This document shows positions 1 through 9,700 of a stretch of DNA of 35,522 nt, piece by piece (positions within the stretch are counted from its first letter, which is position 1; every line of letters starts with the position of its first letter). Below the pieces are notes generated by a model. That model was not told where the DNA came from. It did not search any database and was given only the letters and a program-made list of their open reading frames with translations. Where the stretch lies: assembly GCA_008369845.1 (NCBI GenBank), contig MRSU01008318.1, forward strand, positions 1 through 35,522, in the 5' to 3' direction. A program made the position numbers and the translations under genes. This DNA is from Trichomonas gallinae (Eukaryota).

Positions 1-209
1 ATATGATAAAACGTTTCTGGCCAGAGAGATGGATCTTCTGAGATAGCATCGAAAGCAACCATCCAAGATAAAAATCTATTTGAGCAACATTTGCCTAAAT
101 TCTTGCTTTTCATAAACGATATTGCTGATTCTTTGTTTTTAACTTTGAAGGAGACATTCTTGAACGCCTTCTGAAGACGCTCAAGCGAAACAATATCATC
201 ATTTGCCAT
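1..209 (-). CDS. 5' part of a gene running off the window edge; possible TBC (Rab-GAP) domain protein
   Basis: Manual translation from the ATG at 209 is open to base 1: MANDDIVSLERLQKAFKNVSFKVKNKESAISFMKSKNLGKCCSNRFLSWMVAFDAISEDPSLWPETFYH. R-x3-W...D...W resembles the first TBC motif. Not in the ORF track. Confidence 0.6.
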   Translation of the reverse strand, partial: MANDDIVSLERLQKAFKNVSFKVKNKESAISFMKSKNLGKCCSNRFLSWMVAFDAISEDPSLWPETFYH

Positions 210-238
210 ATTTGGAAAATTTGGTAATTTTTATATCA

Positions 239-300
239 TTGCCAAGTAAAATTTTCCTTGACACTTTACATGTCAAAAAATATGGGATTTGTCGTGTAAA
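239..300. promoter_or_regulatory. Cluster of TTTG(A/T)CRNGTAAA elements upstream of the 209 ATG
   Basis: ttgccaagtaaa 239-250; tttacatgtcaaaa 265-278 (minus-strand copy); tttgtcgtgtaaa 288-300. Confidence 0.5.
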
Positions 301-392
301 GCAGAGACATTATATTTCACATGACCTGATACAAAGAAATAAAGATACTATTGGAATAAATAATCTCTTGGGGAATTTTATTTAAAACATAA

Positions 393-474
393 GATACAAT
401 GTGATTGAATTGCAGCTTCAAATAATGGAGTACTGCCATAATTTGTTTTTTGCTTCTATATTTGCACCATTTTC
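393..474 (-). pseudogene. Ankyrin-repeat relic
   Basis: Minus strand reads ENGANIEAKN, then after a 1-nt frameshift YGSTPLFEAAIQSHCI, a typical ankyrin junction. Confidence 0.65.
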
Positions 475-808
475 ATCTATATTACAACATATTTGTCTTT
501 TTTTAAATATTTACATCTAATCATAAAATATAATATATTGATTGCCCTAATGTGATTCCCAATCATTTTTCTTCTCTTCTTTTCATATGGGATATAAATT
601 AACCATCTATCGAGAATGGTTGTATTTGACATCAAATAGGAAGAAAAGATCGTGAGTATCAACACGATGAATTAGCATTAAGTATGCGTTAATACCAAAT
701 TTTCATTGTTGAAAGTATCATAAAAATAATAATAAAACGTGGTGAATTTCAATTATGTTTACATAATCGTTACAAACAAACAAAACAATACAACTTATTC
801 ATTTAAGA

Positions 809-2518
809 TTACTTAAGCTCAGACACATCTGGGACGGTTATGTGCATTTTGGACACCCTGTTCAAGCTTTCAAGATGCTCAGCGGAAATATTTGTCAAGA
901 TCGCTTCCGTGTAAACGAACTGAGAAACATGTCTGAGAGCGAAAACCTTCATGAACTCTTTCTGATTGATATCCAAAGTCACTCTCATGAACTCTATCAG
1001 TTTCAAGCTCGAAACAGACTGCAAACAATCATCATGGACGTCATCAACAACTTCGAAGAATAAAGAGTTGCCAATAGGATGGTTATCCATCAGTTTCTGC
1101 CTCAAAACTCTCATTACTTCTTTGTCGTGGTCATCTTTTATCCCGCCTATCACGCTTACAAAAGTGCAGAACCTCCACCAAAACTTCATCCTTTCGCCCA
1201 GCGAACTCATGTCCCTCGGCGCTTGTTCGCACGCGACCTGCCACATGCTTTTGTTCTTGAATGGGCATTTTCCGAGAAGTCCTGAGTTTATCCTTCTGTA
1301 GTCTTTGTCCAGTAGCTCTAAGTACTTCTTCATGACTTCGCGAGACTGAAATGCACTTTGTACATGATGGCTCCTTTTCGCGAGCTCTTTTTTGAACTTT
1401 GCGCGCTGTTTTTCTTGCAGCCTGTCCCAGTGGTTGTTGAATGCACGCATCTCTGCAATCTCTGAGCGCTTGAATGGAGCTTTTTCGCGCGTGAAGAGGA
1501 TATCTTGATCTGATGTATCCAAAAGAGTTGACTTTGGATCACATCCTGCGTACGGATTGTCTGGTATATCAACAGTTGATAGCACTGACACTGTTGTTGA
1601 TCTCTCTAAGTCACCTGCAGGAGCAGATTTCTTCTTCGGAATGAGAAGTGTGAGTGGGAAGTATTTCTCAACATTTCGAGGAACAAATGGCTTACCAGAA
1701 GCGGTAAAATACTCGCTAATGCAGTCAGTGACTGTATCATCTTTGACGCGAGTAATTAATTGTGTTTTTGCAAGAGAACTGCCAAGGCTCGGTGGTACAA
1801 GATTTAGTGGATGAACTGCAGAGTCAGTCTTGGTTTTGCAAGCTTCGATTTCTTCTGGTGACAGACAGCTGAAATGCAATTCTCTGAATGTTGAAGCATC
1901 AGGATCCTGAGGATTTTCAACTGGTGGACCATGAATACCAGTTTGTATTTTTACTGGTTTTGCCTTTTCTTGTTCTTCCTGTAAAATTTTTGCATAATCA
2001 TCTTCAAAAACTTGTGACTCAAAGTAAGGAATAGCGCCACCAAATGTGTATAAATGAGCATTTACAGGGATTTTTCCATCAGCTGATGGCATTGTAAGCT
2101 TAAGTGTTGTTTGTTTTAATAATTGTTCGGCAACATCGTGCGAGTTTTGATATATGAATTCTTTTTCGTATAATGATAGATTATCTGGATCGTCAAAGTT
2201 GTATTCTGGATATTTTGCCTCAAGATTTCCATACATCTTTCTAAAAGACTTCATATATGGTTTTTCTACGAGCATATTGACAAAATTATCCATAGGCGTA
2301 GGCATATTTGGATCCAAAGCAGGTGGTGGCGTTGGAGATATAGGCAATCCTCGTTCAATTTGACGAACGGGACCATCTGTCATCCAAGCATATGGATTTT
2401 CTTGAACTTCGACACCTTTGCTCCTTTGTGGAGGAGCTGGTTTGCTCTTAATCTTTTTTGGTACGTATGGGAATGGTGTCTGCATTCCCGAGTACGTTAT
2501 TTTGTTACATTTTGACAT
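809..2518 (-). CDS. Hypothetical protein, 569 aa; Pro-rich N-terminus, coiled/helical C-terminal half
   Basis: Long ORF with higher GC than its flanks; no family recognised. Confidence 0.85.
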   Translation of the reverse strand: MSKCNKITYSGMQTPFPYVPKKIKSKPAPPQRSKGVEVQENPYAWMTDGPVRQIERGLPISPTPPPALDPNMPTPMDNFVNMLVEKPYMKSFRKMYGNLEAKYPEYNFDDPDNLSLYEKEFIYQNSHDVAEQLLKQTTLKLTMPSADGKIPVNAHLYTFGGAIPYFESQVFEDDYAKILQEEQEKAKPVKIQTGIHGPPVENPQDPDASTFRELHFSCLSPEEIEACKTKTDSAVHPLNLVPPSLGSSLAKTQLITRVKDDTVTDCISEYFTASGKPFVPRNVEKYFPLTLLIPKKKSAPAGDLERSTTVSVLSTVDIPDNPYAGCDPKSTLLDTSDQDILFTREKAPFKRSEIAEMRAFNNHWDRLQEKQRAKFKKELAKRSHHVQSAFQSREVMKKYLELLDKDYRRINSGLLGKCPFKNKSMWQVACEQAPRDMSSLGERMKFWWRFCTFVSVIGGIKDDHDKEVMRVLRQKLMDNHPIGNSLFFEVVDDVHDDCLQSVSSLKLIEFMRVTLDINQKEFMKVFALRHVSQFVYTEAILTNISAEHLESLNRVSKMHITVPDVSELK

Positions 2519-2616
2519 GTAAAATATGAAAAATAGTGTTTTTGTCTTGTATAGTATTTGAAATTAAAAATTTTGTCATGTAAATCAAAAATATCTAAAT
2601 CAATCATAAACGTAAA
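2510..2616 (+). promoter_or_regulatory. Phased cluster of the upstream element overlapping and preceding the 2518 ATG
   Basis: TTTTGACATGTAAA 2510-2523, TTTTGTCTTGTATA ~2540-2553, TTTTGTCATGTAAA 2571-2584, CGTAAA ~2611; spacing 30-32 bp. Confidence 0.55.
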
Positions 2617-2829
2617 CAGCTGTTTTCTAAAACTACAATACTAATTTTTAAGCACAAAGATAGTCCATATATAGACCAAATGTAAAAATAAGCATTTCAA
2701 TACTCCAAAGATTATTGACAAAAATCTTAGTTAAACTTAGAATTATACTTATTTATTTATACTGATTACATGGTAGAAATATTAAGGCTTTGGCATCGTT
2801 GTGAAGTTTACTGCAAATAAATTTCAAAT

Positions 2830-2904
2830 TTTTGACATGTAAATTAACAATATCATTTGTATTTTGACGTGTAAAATAATTATTATGAATTTTTGTCACG
2901 TAAA
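2830..2904 (+). promoter_or_regulatory. Three copies of the upstream element
   Basis: TTTTGACATGTAAA 2830-2843, TTTTGACGTGTAAA 2862-2875, TTTTGTCACGTAAA 2891-2904. Confidence 0.55.
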
Positions 2905-3169
2905 GAAAAAAATAATTGATTTGTGAAGATTCTCAAAATTTCCCGATAGAGACTATTCATTGTTTTGGAGTCATTCGACAAACAATTCGTGCATTAGTGC
3001 CCGAGGTACAGATATTTTTGAAGTTATCTAATCTTAGGTATGTAATCAAATGAACGGGGAAAGTTTTTTCTACGATAACATAGGATTTTGCTTCAATAAA
3101 AATGAAATATGTGTTAATTAGATATCAGATAATTTACTAAAACAATGGGATTAATAGGAAACAAAAAGA

Positions 3170-4462
3170 TTAAACAAAATTAGGTTGAACAAATGAGAAT
3201 CCATTGATATTACCAAAGTTGTGTAAGCCTGGTGTAACAAATGAATCTGTCGCAAGCTCTGTCGTGAATTCCGGATCGAAATTATCGGTCGAGAAACGAT
3301 TCTTGACTTCAGGAATATATGATGGCATGTACTCACGGTTATACACTGCGTCCCAGTCGACCCCTTCAAAGAACGGGTCATCTTTAAGATCTTCGAAATT
3401 GGGTCTTTGTTCTGGATCTTTAGTAAGAAGCTTCATGATGAAGTTGACAACCCTTGGATCCATGCCATCTGGGAAATATGGATCCAATGTGACAATCTCT
3501 TCAAACATTTCATTCTTATTATCATTGTAATAAGGAGTCCTGCCAAGTATCATTTCATAAGCAAGAATTCCAAGAGCCCACTCATCGACCTTCGTTCCAT
3601 ACTTATACGCTAAAATAATTTCAGGAGCCAAGTATTCTGGAGTTCCGCAGAATGTTTGTGCTGTTTTATCGCATCCAAGCTCCTTAGATAAGCCAAAATC
3701 TGTAAGTTTGATGTGTCCATCAGCATCAAACAAAACATTTTCTGGTTTCAAATCGCGGTAGATTATACCGTATTGATGAAGATACGATAAAGCCATTCCA
3801 ATTTCAGCAATATACATTCTAGCATCATCTATAGGTACTGTTCCTGATGATTCCATGTAGTAGAATAATTCACCACCTGGCGCGTACTCCAAACCGAGGT
3901 AAACCTTTGTTTCTGTCTGAAATGCGAAGCAGAGGTTGACAATAAATGGATGATGAATCCTCATCATAATATTTTTCTCGGTAAGAACCGAACATCCGTC
4001 GCTTTCTGCGAGTCGCTGCTTCCTGATTGATTTGATAGCGTATAATTTATCATTGTCGAAGCGACGGCAGAGCATCACTTTACCGTAATATCCTCTTCCA
4101 ATAACAGATATGATCTGGAAATCTTCCATGGAGAGCGGTATCGCTGAAGATTGTGCTGTTCTAAATATTGCGAACCATTGAGAAACCTCTTCGTTAGAAG
4201 CTGCGGTAAAAACGATTGCTTCCTCTGACTTCGCTGGTTTTATTGAGAACCTTGGTGTAGATCCTTGCATGACTTCAAATGTGACTTCAGGGCACATAGG
4301 AACAACTGAATCAATATTGGTAAATTGATCATCTTTGGAGATGATAATCGATTTTTCATTCATACTGACATATCTGTTATGCCATAAACCTTGCTTGTTT
4401 CCTTTCTTCTTTAACCATCCTCTTTTTTCTACATCATTATTGATCTTCGCTTTGGTTTGCAT
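3170..4462 (-). CDS. PH-domain AGC-family Ser/Thr kinase (PKB/Akt-like)
   Basis: N-terminal PH domain (KRGWLKKKG..WHNRY..EEVSQWF); GRGYYG, YAIK, YRDLKPEN, DFG, TFCGTPEYLAPE; AGC tail NFDPEFT and hydrophobic motif GFSF. Confidence 0.95.
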   Translation of the reverse strand: MQTKAKINNDVEKRGWLKKKGNKQGLWHNRYVSMNEKSIIISKDDQFTNIDSVVPMCPEVTFEVMQGSTPRFSIKPAKSEEAIVFTAASNEEVSQWFAIFRTAQSSAIPLSMEDFQIISVIGRGYYGKVMLCRRFDNDKLYAIKSIRKQRLAESDGCSVLTEKNIMMRIHHPFIVNLCFAFQTETKVYLGLEYAPGGELFYYMESSGTVPIDDARMYIAEIGMALSYLHQYGIIYRDLKPENVLFDADGHIKLTDFGLSKELGCDKTAQTFCGTPEYLAPEIILAYKYGTKVDEWALGILAYEMILGRTPYYNDNKNEMFEEIVTLDPYFPDGMDPRVVNFIMKLLTKDPEQRPNFEDLKDDPFFEGVDWDAVYNREYMPSYIPEVKNRFSTDNFDPEFTTELATDSFVTPGLHNFGNINGFSFVQPNFV

Positions 4463-5079
4463 CGATTTGACCTTTTTGAAAAAAAAAAATTACGAAATTT
4501 TCAGATAAATACATAACAAAACAATGATGATCTATAGGCCAATTGAATGGTGCCAGAATAACCGGTAATCTCAAATTTGTCAAAAATCTCACAAATCATA
4601 TGAACAAATTGCAAATGCATCCCGGTAGAATAAAAATCTGTGGTCAGTTCAATATTATTAATTTGAATGCCCACTTTTACACTTCTTTTCAAATAATTGT
4701 GAGATAAGTATACAAATATTTTTGATGAGTTCTGAATAATTTAATTGCTTATGCCGCCTTTAAAATCATTTATTATTGATTTTTCATTTAAAATTAGTTT
4801 GGCAGTAAATTCAATGAGCTCTTAATTTTGAATTATTTTTATATTACTTGCACTTGAGTATAGTGTATGAATGGAGCAAAATATGAAGTAATAACTTTTG
4901 ATAATATTATGGCGATTCAAGGAAATTTTAGCATATTTAATATCTTTAATATGTTTTCTAGATGATTCAAACATGTAAGGTTAAAAATTGCTTTTCAGAA
5001 AATTTTTCATCGAATTATCCAATGGCGCCCATATGCAACCGAGTAAATATTCACCCTTCAATCACAGACCACACATTAA

Positions 5080-5271
5080 ATTTTCTCAATTACACAAACT
5101 GTTAGGACTGTTGTTTCATCCGTTTTTAGAGATTATCATTACAGAATGTCCAACAGTAGCCTGGATATATTGGATATGTTATGATTAAATCTACTGAATA
5201 TGTCAAATAATATTTTAACATCAAAAGTTATTCCAGGTCATGCATTTCAAGGATGTTACATTAATACCTTA
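5080..5271 (+). pseudogene. Possible BspA-like (TpLRR) leucine-rich-repeat relic
   Basis: One frame reads IFSITQTVRTVVSSVF...L*LNLLNMSNNILTSKVIPGHAFQGCYINTL. xIxxxAFxGC is the BspA LRR signature; an in-frame stop is present. Confidence 0.4.
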
Positions 5272-5583
5272 TATTCTATCTTTTGTACTAACCTGATACC
5301 TTATACTCATTAAATCAAAATTAATAATGAAATTATATTTTTTAAACACATGAAATAATGATATAAATTAATGATGTAATAATTTTGCGATAAAGAAATA
5401 TGTTGTTATCATTAATGAATTTTAAGCAATATCCGAAACCCGGGGAAAACGTTAGATAAAGAAAGTTTTGGCATTATATGGGCAAGAAAATGTAGATGCA
5501 ATGGTATTCAAACCAGACTCTATAAATTCAATTTTTTTTTGACAAAATGTCAAAATTTCTTAATTTTATTGTCAAATTGACAA

Positions 5584-6219
5584 ATGTTTTTCTTGATTTG
5601 CGAGAATATTCTTACTGAGTCCAATTTGATCCTTAGAAATGCACTCAAACAAAACCTTATAGAGTGCAAAGTGAGTGGATCGAGCTCACAGCATATTAAT
5701 GGGACTAGACAATTGACGAAACCGGAATACGCATTCGATCAGATTGATAAGCCATATGATTGGTGCTCTAACTGTGTTCATTCGATGAAGGAGCACCCAT
5801 ATATCATTCTCAGCATAAAAAACAGGAGAATTAGATTAAATGGTTATTTTCTTAAATCTGGATGTTGTATGCATGATGGTTGCTGCTGTATGGATGAGGG
5901 AACAATGTGGTGTGAATGCTGCCTTTTCAGTTGGTCTTTTCAGATTTCGAATGACGGATTGATCTGGAAGACCGTTCATAAAGTTGAAAGAGATCATGAC
6001 ATGCGCCATTGTTGCGAGAAGATATTTATGTTGAATGAAACATACTACACACAATATGTCAGAATAATTCACGATGAATCATGCCCAGGAGATACAAATT
6101 GTATTGCAATTAATAAAATAGAGCTGATAGGTAATATAGAAAACAGTGATGCTACATTATTTAAATCAGTTATAGATACAGAAGATGAAGATGTAAGTAT
6201 TATTGGAAGAATTGCATGA
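5584..6219 (+). CDS. Cys-rich F5/8 type C / galactose-binding-like domain protein (paralog of 27681-28325)
   Basis: PEYAFD...WCS, SWSFQISNDGLIWKTV, YVRII, IELIG match discoidin/F5/8C-like strand motifs; has a Cys-cluster insert. Confidence 0.8.
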   Translation: MFFLICENILTESNLILRNALKQNLIECKVSGSSSQHINGTRQLTKPEYAFDQIDKPYDWCSNCVHSMKEHPYIILSIKNRRIRLNGYFLKSGCCMHDGCCCMDEGTMWCECCLFSWSFQISNDGLIWKTVHKVERDHDMRHCCEKIFMLNETYYTQYVRIIHDESCPGDTNCIAINKIELIGNIENSDATLFKSVIDTEDEDVSIIGRIA

Positions 6220-6760
6220 GCATCAATGCAATATGTATATTCTAATACAAATATACCTTGACTTGTTAACATTATTAACAAGATATCAAAAATATGGGCA
6301 AATGCTTGTTTAATTAGTTTGTAATTGAAAAATTCGAGAGCTATGATGAAAACAGATAATCAATAATTTGATTTGTTAGAATAATTTTAATTTTATTTCT
6401 GAAAACATGATTTGGATACAAATACTCGAAAATGCTTATAAATCAAACCCCAAATAAAGTTTTTTGCGTGAATCTATTGTCACTTTATCAAAAATAGTGA
6501 TATTCTACCACGCAAAAAAAGTGATATTTTTTTCCTGCATTTTCAAGTGGTTTTCGATGTATTATTGTAAAATATATTATTGGGTTATGAAATCATGATG
6601 CAAGTACGAGATCAATCTTATATCTCATAATTTTTTGTATTGTATTTTGAAAATGCAGTCAAGATTAATATATGTGATAATAATTCCTTTGCACTCATTA
6701 ATCCTACATAAAAAATGTATTCTCGCTAATACACATCTTTTTGCCAACACTTTTTTTTAT

Positions 6761-7191
6761 TTTGATAGAAACCCGGTTGGCAGTGCCAAATCCATCTCAG
6801 ACATGATAAATAACGACACACTCATCGAAGTTCTCGACCAGGACCAGTTGTCTGAGTGTTTGAAGCACATTACTCTGAATTTCGACGATACACTCTACAT
6901 TCTCGAGAAGCTCGGTCTAAATACAAAGTCCTAGATGGATACAAAGCTGTTCACCATCTTTTTACGGACTTTGGTGAAGGAGACGACTTTGATTCTAAGA
7001 TGTTTGTTGCATTTATCAATTCAATAGATCGATGCCTCTATCTTGAAATCCTATATTCTATTGCAACCATTGTTGAATCTTTACTTTCCAAAATTGAACA
7101 ACTTTCTTCCGGAATCAAACAAAACTCACAAAAAACAGCAACAAAACCTGATGTTCGTACGCAAACAACAAATGCAACGGTACAGCTTTGA
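6761..7191 (+). pseudogene. Frameshifted gene fragment resembling the helical N-terminal region of trichomonad ankyrin-type proteins
   Basis: Two overlapping ORFs join by a 1-nt shift near 6914-6918: ...ISDMINNDTLIEVLDQDQLSECLKHITLNFDDTLYILEKLG / SKYKVLDGYKAVHHLF...SLLSKIEQLSS. Family assignment is from memory only. Confidence 0.5.
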
Positions 7192-7234
7192 TTTTCGAAA
7201 GTAATTTTATTATAAAACAAGATAATGAAAGAAA

Positions 7235-9100
7235 TCAAATTTCAGATTTTGGTGGATTCTTCAATTTGTACTGATCAATGATGAAAGAAGCGCTGCAAAT
7301 GAAAGTGGAGATGAAGAATGACTCCGTGTGTGTGAAAATTGCGGTCTTTTCATGGAAAGGCATCAACCGGTTCTGCAAAACTAACAAAATCGATGCAAGG
7401 TGTTGATGCTTCGCGCAAATAATTCCAAGTATTGTCAAAGGAACTATTTGGTCGGCGCCTGCCTCTTCTATGCCCTGCGAGAAAACGTACTCACTCAGCC
7501 AGCCCATCGCAGCAATAATGTGCTCGCTGATTTTCATTGGCGTGGATGATGAATCTATCAAACTTAATTCCTGCTCGAAGAATTTCAAATCATCTGTCTT
7601 CCCTTTGCACTGTTTGATGAATGGATCTGTGCCATTCACTAAATCTATCGAATAAAAATCTAATAATTTTGAATCCATGTCTAAATCGCTTGTTATGAAC
7701 TGGTGCGACAGTTCTAATGCTGCCAGCGCTTTCGCACACTCTATTGATTCGGGTACTAATGGATTTTCAAGGAAAGATAAAATTTTTGCGCGTTCAATAA
7801 CAGATCCAGCAACATTTGTATACATTTTTATCAGCGATGACTGCGATGAATAGCGTGCGACTGTTTCTTTGATTTTAGAGTAGATAATTGACTCTTGAGC
7901 ATCTAATTTTTGCTCAATTAATTTGCATAACTCAGGAATCGTTAATTTAGACAAATCATTCGATATATTGTCTATTTCTTTGAGCATTGATGGGCATCCG
8001 AGCTCAACTATTTGAGTTATTGCAGATTTTGATGAATTGTTGCCTTCGGCCAAAATTAGCTTGGAATGCTCTAGAAGACTAATAACTACATCAACAAAGA
8101 GTGGTAATTGTGGGAAAGGTTGAGGTGGCGGCTTAATTTGATCCATTTTATACAAAATTGTGTTTTCATTTACTGGGAACTCAACGAATGAGCTCAAAAA
8201 TGCTGAGTCTTCTTTGGTAATTAAGAATCTGTCGCCATGTTCATAAACAATTTCTTCAAATAAATTTTTCGACGGAGATAAAACAGCTGACTTTGAATTC
8301 AGCAATCTTTGCATGAATTGTTCGCTTTCATCTGATTTAAAGTAAGTTTCAAGCTGATTTATTAGATCATCAAGTAATTCTTTGTGGTATAGCTGAAATT
8401 CGTATGAACAGCAGCCAAAAAGATATGGATACTGAATATAATTCTTCAAGAAGACTTGAAAGAAAGCTTCTCGTGAATTATCAAGGATATTTAATATTTG
8501 TACGAAAAAGTCTGGAAGAAGCTTCGTATATTCAATCAATGAATCTACTGTATCCTTTAGAATTGTTTCTTTCTCTTTTGGATTGTATTTACGGAAGATT
8601 GGCTGCAATGAAGCCTTAAAGTATGAAATTATGAATGGATGTGCAACCAAAAACTTGATATATTCGATTTTATCTTCATTTTTAAGATCTTTGATGAAGT
8701 TTAAGTAGCTTTCGACGATTTCACGACACCAAATATATTGAAACAGCGAAGAAATCACGCAAAATGATGTGAATTGATCTTTCAATGCATTTTTCTGTAA
8801 ATATTCGATGGATTCGGCTAATGTTGCTTGTAATTTTTCGCATATTTCATTGTTATCTGATTTAATATATGTGTCTTGTATCATTTTGATTTGTTCAGTA
8901 ATCGAATTACCTGGTGGTATGTTGAGAATTGCGTAAACTATTCTGTTTGCAACTTGCAATACATTTATATATTCTGAAATTTCTTCATCGAAGCGTTTAA
9001 GCTCTGGATTTATAGCATTTTCGACCTCACTCAGCATCATTTTATTGTTTTTGATCCGTTTCTGTATCCCATAAAGATATCGAAAATTATTTTCTGCCAT
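7235..9100 (-). CDS. VPS9-domain protein (putative Rab5-family GEF)
   Basis: C-terminal TPMKI...EAGADQIVPLTILGII...ESFFISTF matches VPS9 motifs (xADDxxP; YYxT helix). Confidence 0.75.
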   Translation of the reverse strand: MAENNFRYLYGIQKRIKNNKMMLSEVENAINPELKRFDEEISEYINVLQVANRIVYAILNIPPGNSITEQIKMIQDTYIKSDNNEICEKLQATLAESIEYLQKNALKDQFTSFCVISSLFQYIWCREIVESYLNFIKDLKNEDKIEYIKFLVAHPFIISYFKASLQPIFRKYNPKEKETILKDTVDSLIEYTKLLPDFFVQILNILDNSREAFFQVFLKNYIQYPYLFGCCSYEFQLYHKELLDDLINQLETYFKSDESEQFMQRLLNSKSAVLSPSKNLFEEIVYEHGDRFLITKEDSAFLSSFVEFPVNENTILYKMDQIKPPPQPFPQLPLFVDVVISLLEHSKLILAEGNNSSKSAITQIVELGCPSMLKEIDNISNDLSKLTIPELCKLIEQKLDAQESIIYSKIKETVARYSSQSSLIKMYTNVAGSVIERAKILSFLENPLVPESIECAKALAALELSHQFITSDLDMDSKLLDFYSIDLVNGTDPFIKQCKGKTDDLKFFEQELSLIDSSSTPMKISEHIIAAMGWLSEYVFSQGIEEAGADQIVPLTILGIICAKHQHLASILLVLQNRLMPFHEKTAIFTHTESFFISTFICSASFIIDQYKLKNPPKSEI

Positions 9101-9380
9101 ACATCAAAACTATGGCAAAAAGAGACTTGATTCTCTTCTGAACTATGAGTAGTATTAATATATCGATCTCCAAATTTTCAAATATTTTTCAAATGGAGGA
9201 ATAAAACTAATCAATATCATTTAAACACATGATGTACACTGATGTAACTAGCAGATTTATTATGTCCAATTATTGAAAACTCAAATTTATTTTTATGAAA
9301 AATTAATAATTAAAGAAATTTCATTTAACAATATCATAAATTAAAAGCATAGTAAATTTCTAATCAAAATCAATAGTACT

Positions 9381-9660
9381 CAATATTCTATTTTGTTTAA
9401 TTCAATTTTTCGATTTCAAATTATCAAAAAAAATTGCTATTTTATAAAAATACTTGTAGTGTGTAGTATACCTTGAATGTTTCATTGTTCTATTTTGTTT
9501 ATTTTAAATCTCAATTTAAAAATATCTAAAAATTTCGTTATTTTATAATGAAACTTGTAGTGTATAGCATATTTTAATATTTCATTATTTATTTTGTTTA
9601 TCTAATGTTATCCAAAAAAAAATTGCAATTTTATAATGAAAATTGTGTTGTATGGAATAT
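9381..9660. repeat. Degenerate ~100-bp tandem triplication in a convergent-strand gap between two minus-strand genes
   Basis: TATTTTGTTTA recurs at ~9389, ~9491, ~9590; TTTTATAA..AA..TTGT(A/G)(G/T)TGT has TTGT at ~9454, ~9555, ~9643. Confidence 0.6.
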
Positions 9661-9700
9661 ATTTCGTTAATCAAAAAGAATATTAAAAATCTAATATTAT

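Noticed and set aside
3038..3140. GTATGT as a trichomonad intron 5' splice site
   Set aside because: No ACTAAC..CAG branch/3' motif downstream and no flanking exon.
4520..4740. ATGATGA...CTGA as a C/D-box snoRNA (also GTGATGA at ~23195)
   Set aside because: Boxes are over 200 nt apart, with no terminal stem or recognisable rRNA guide.
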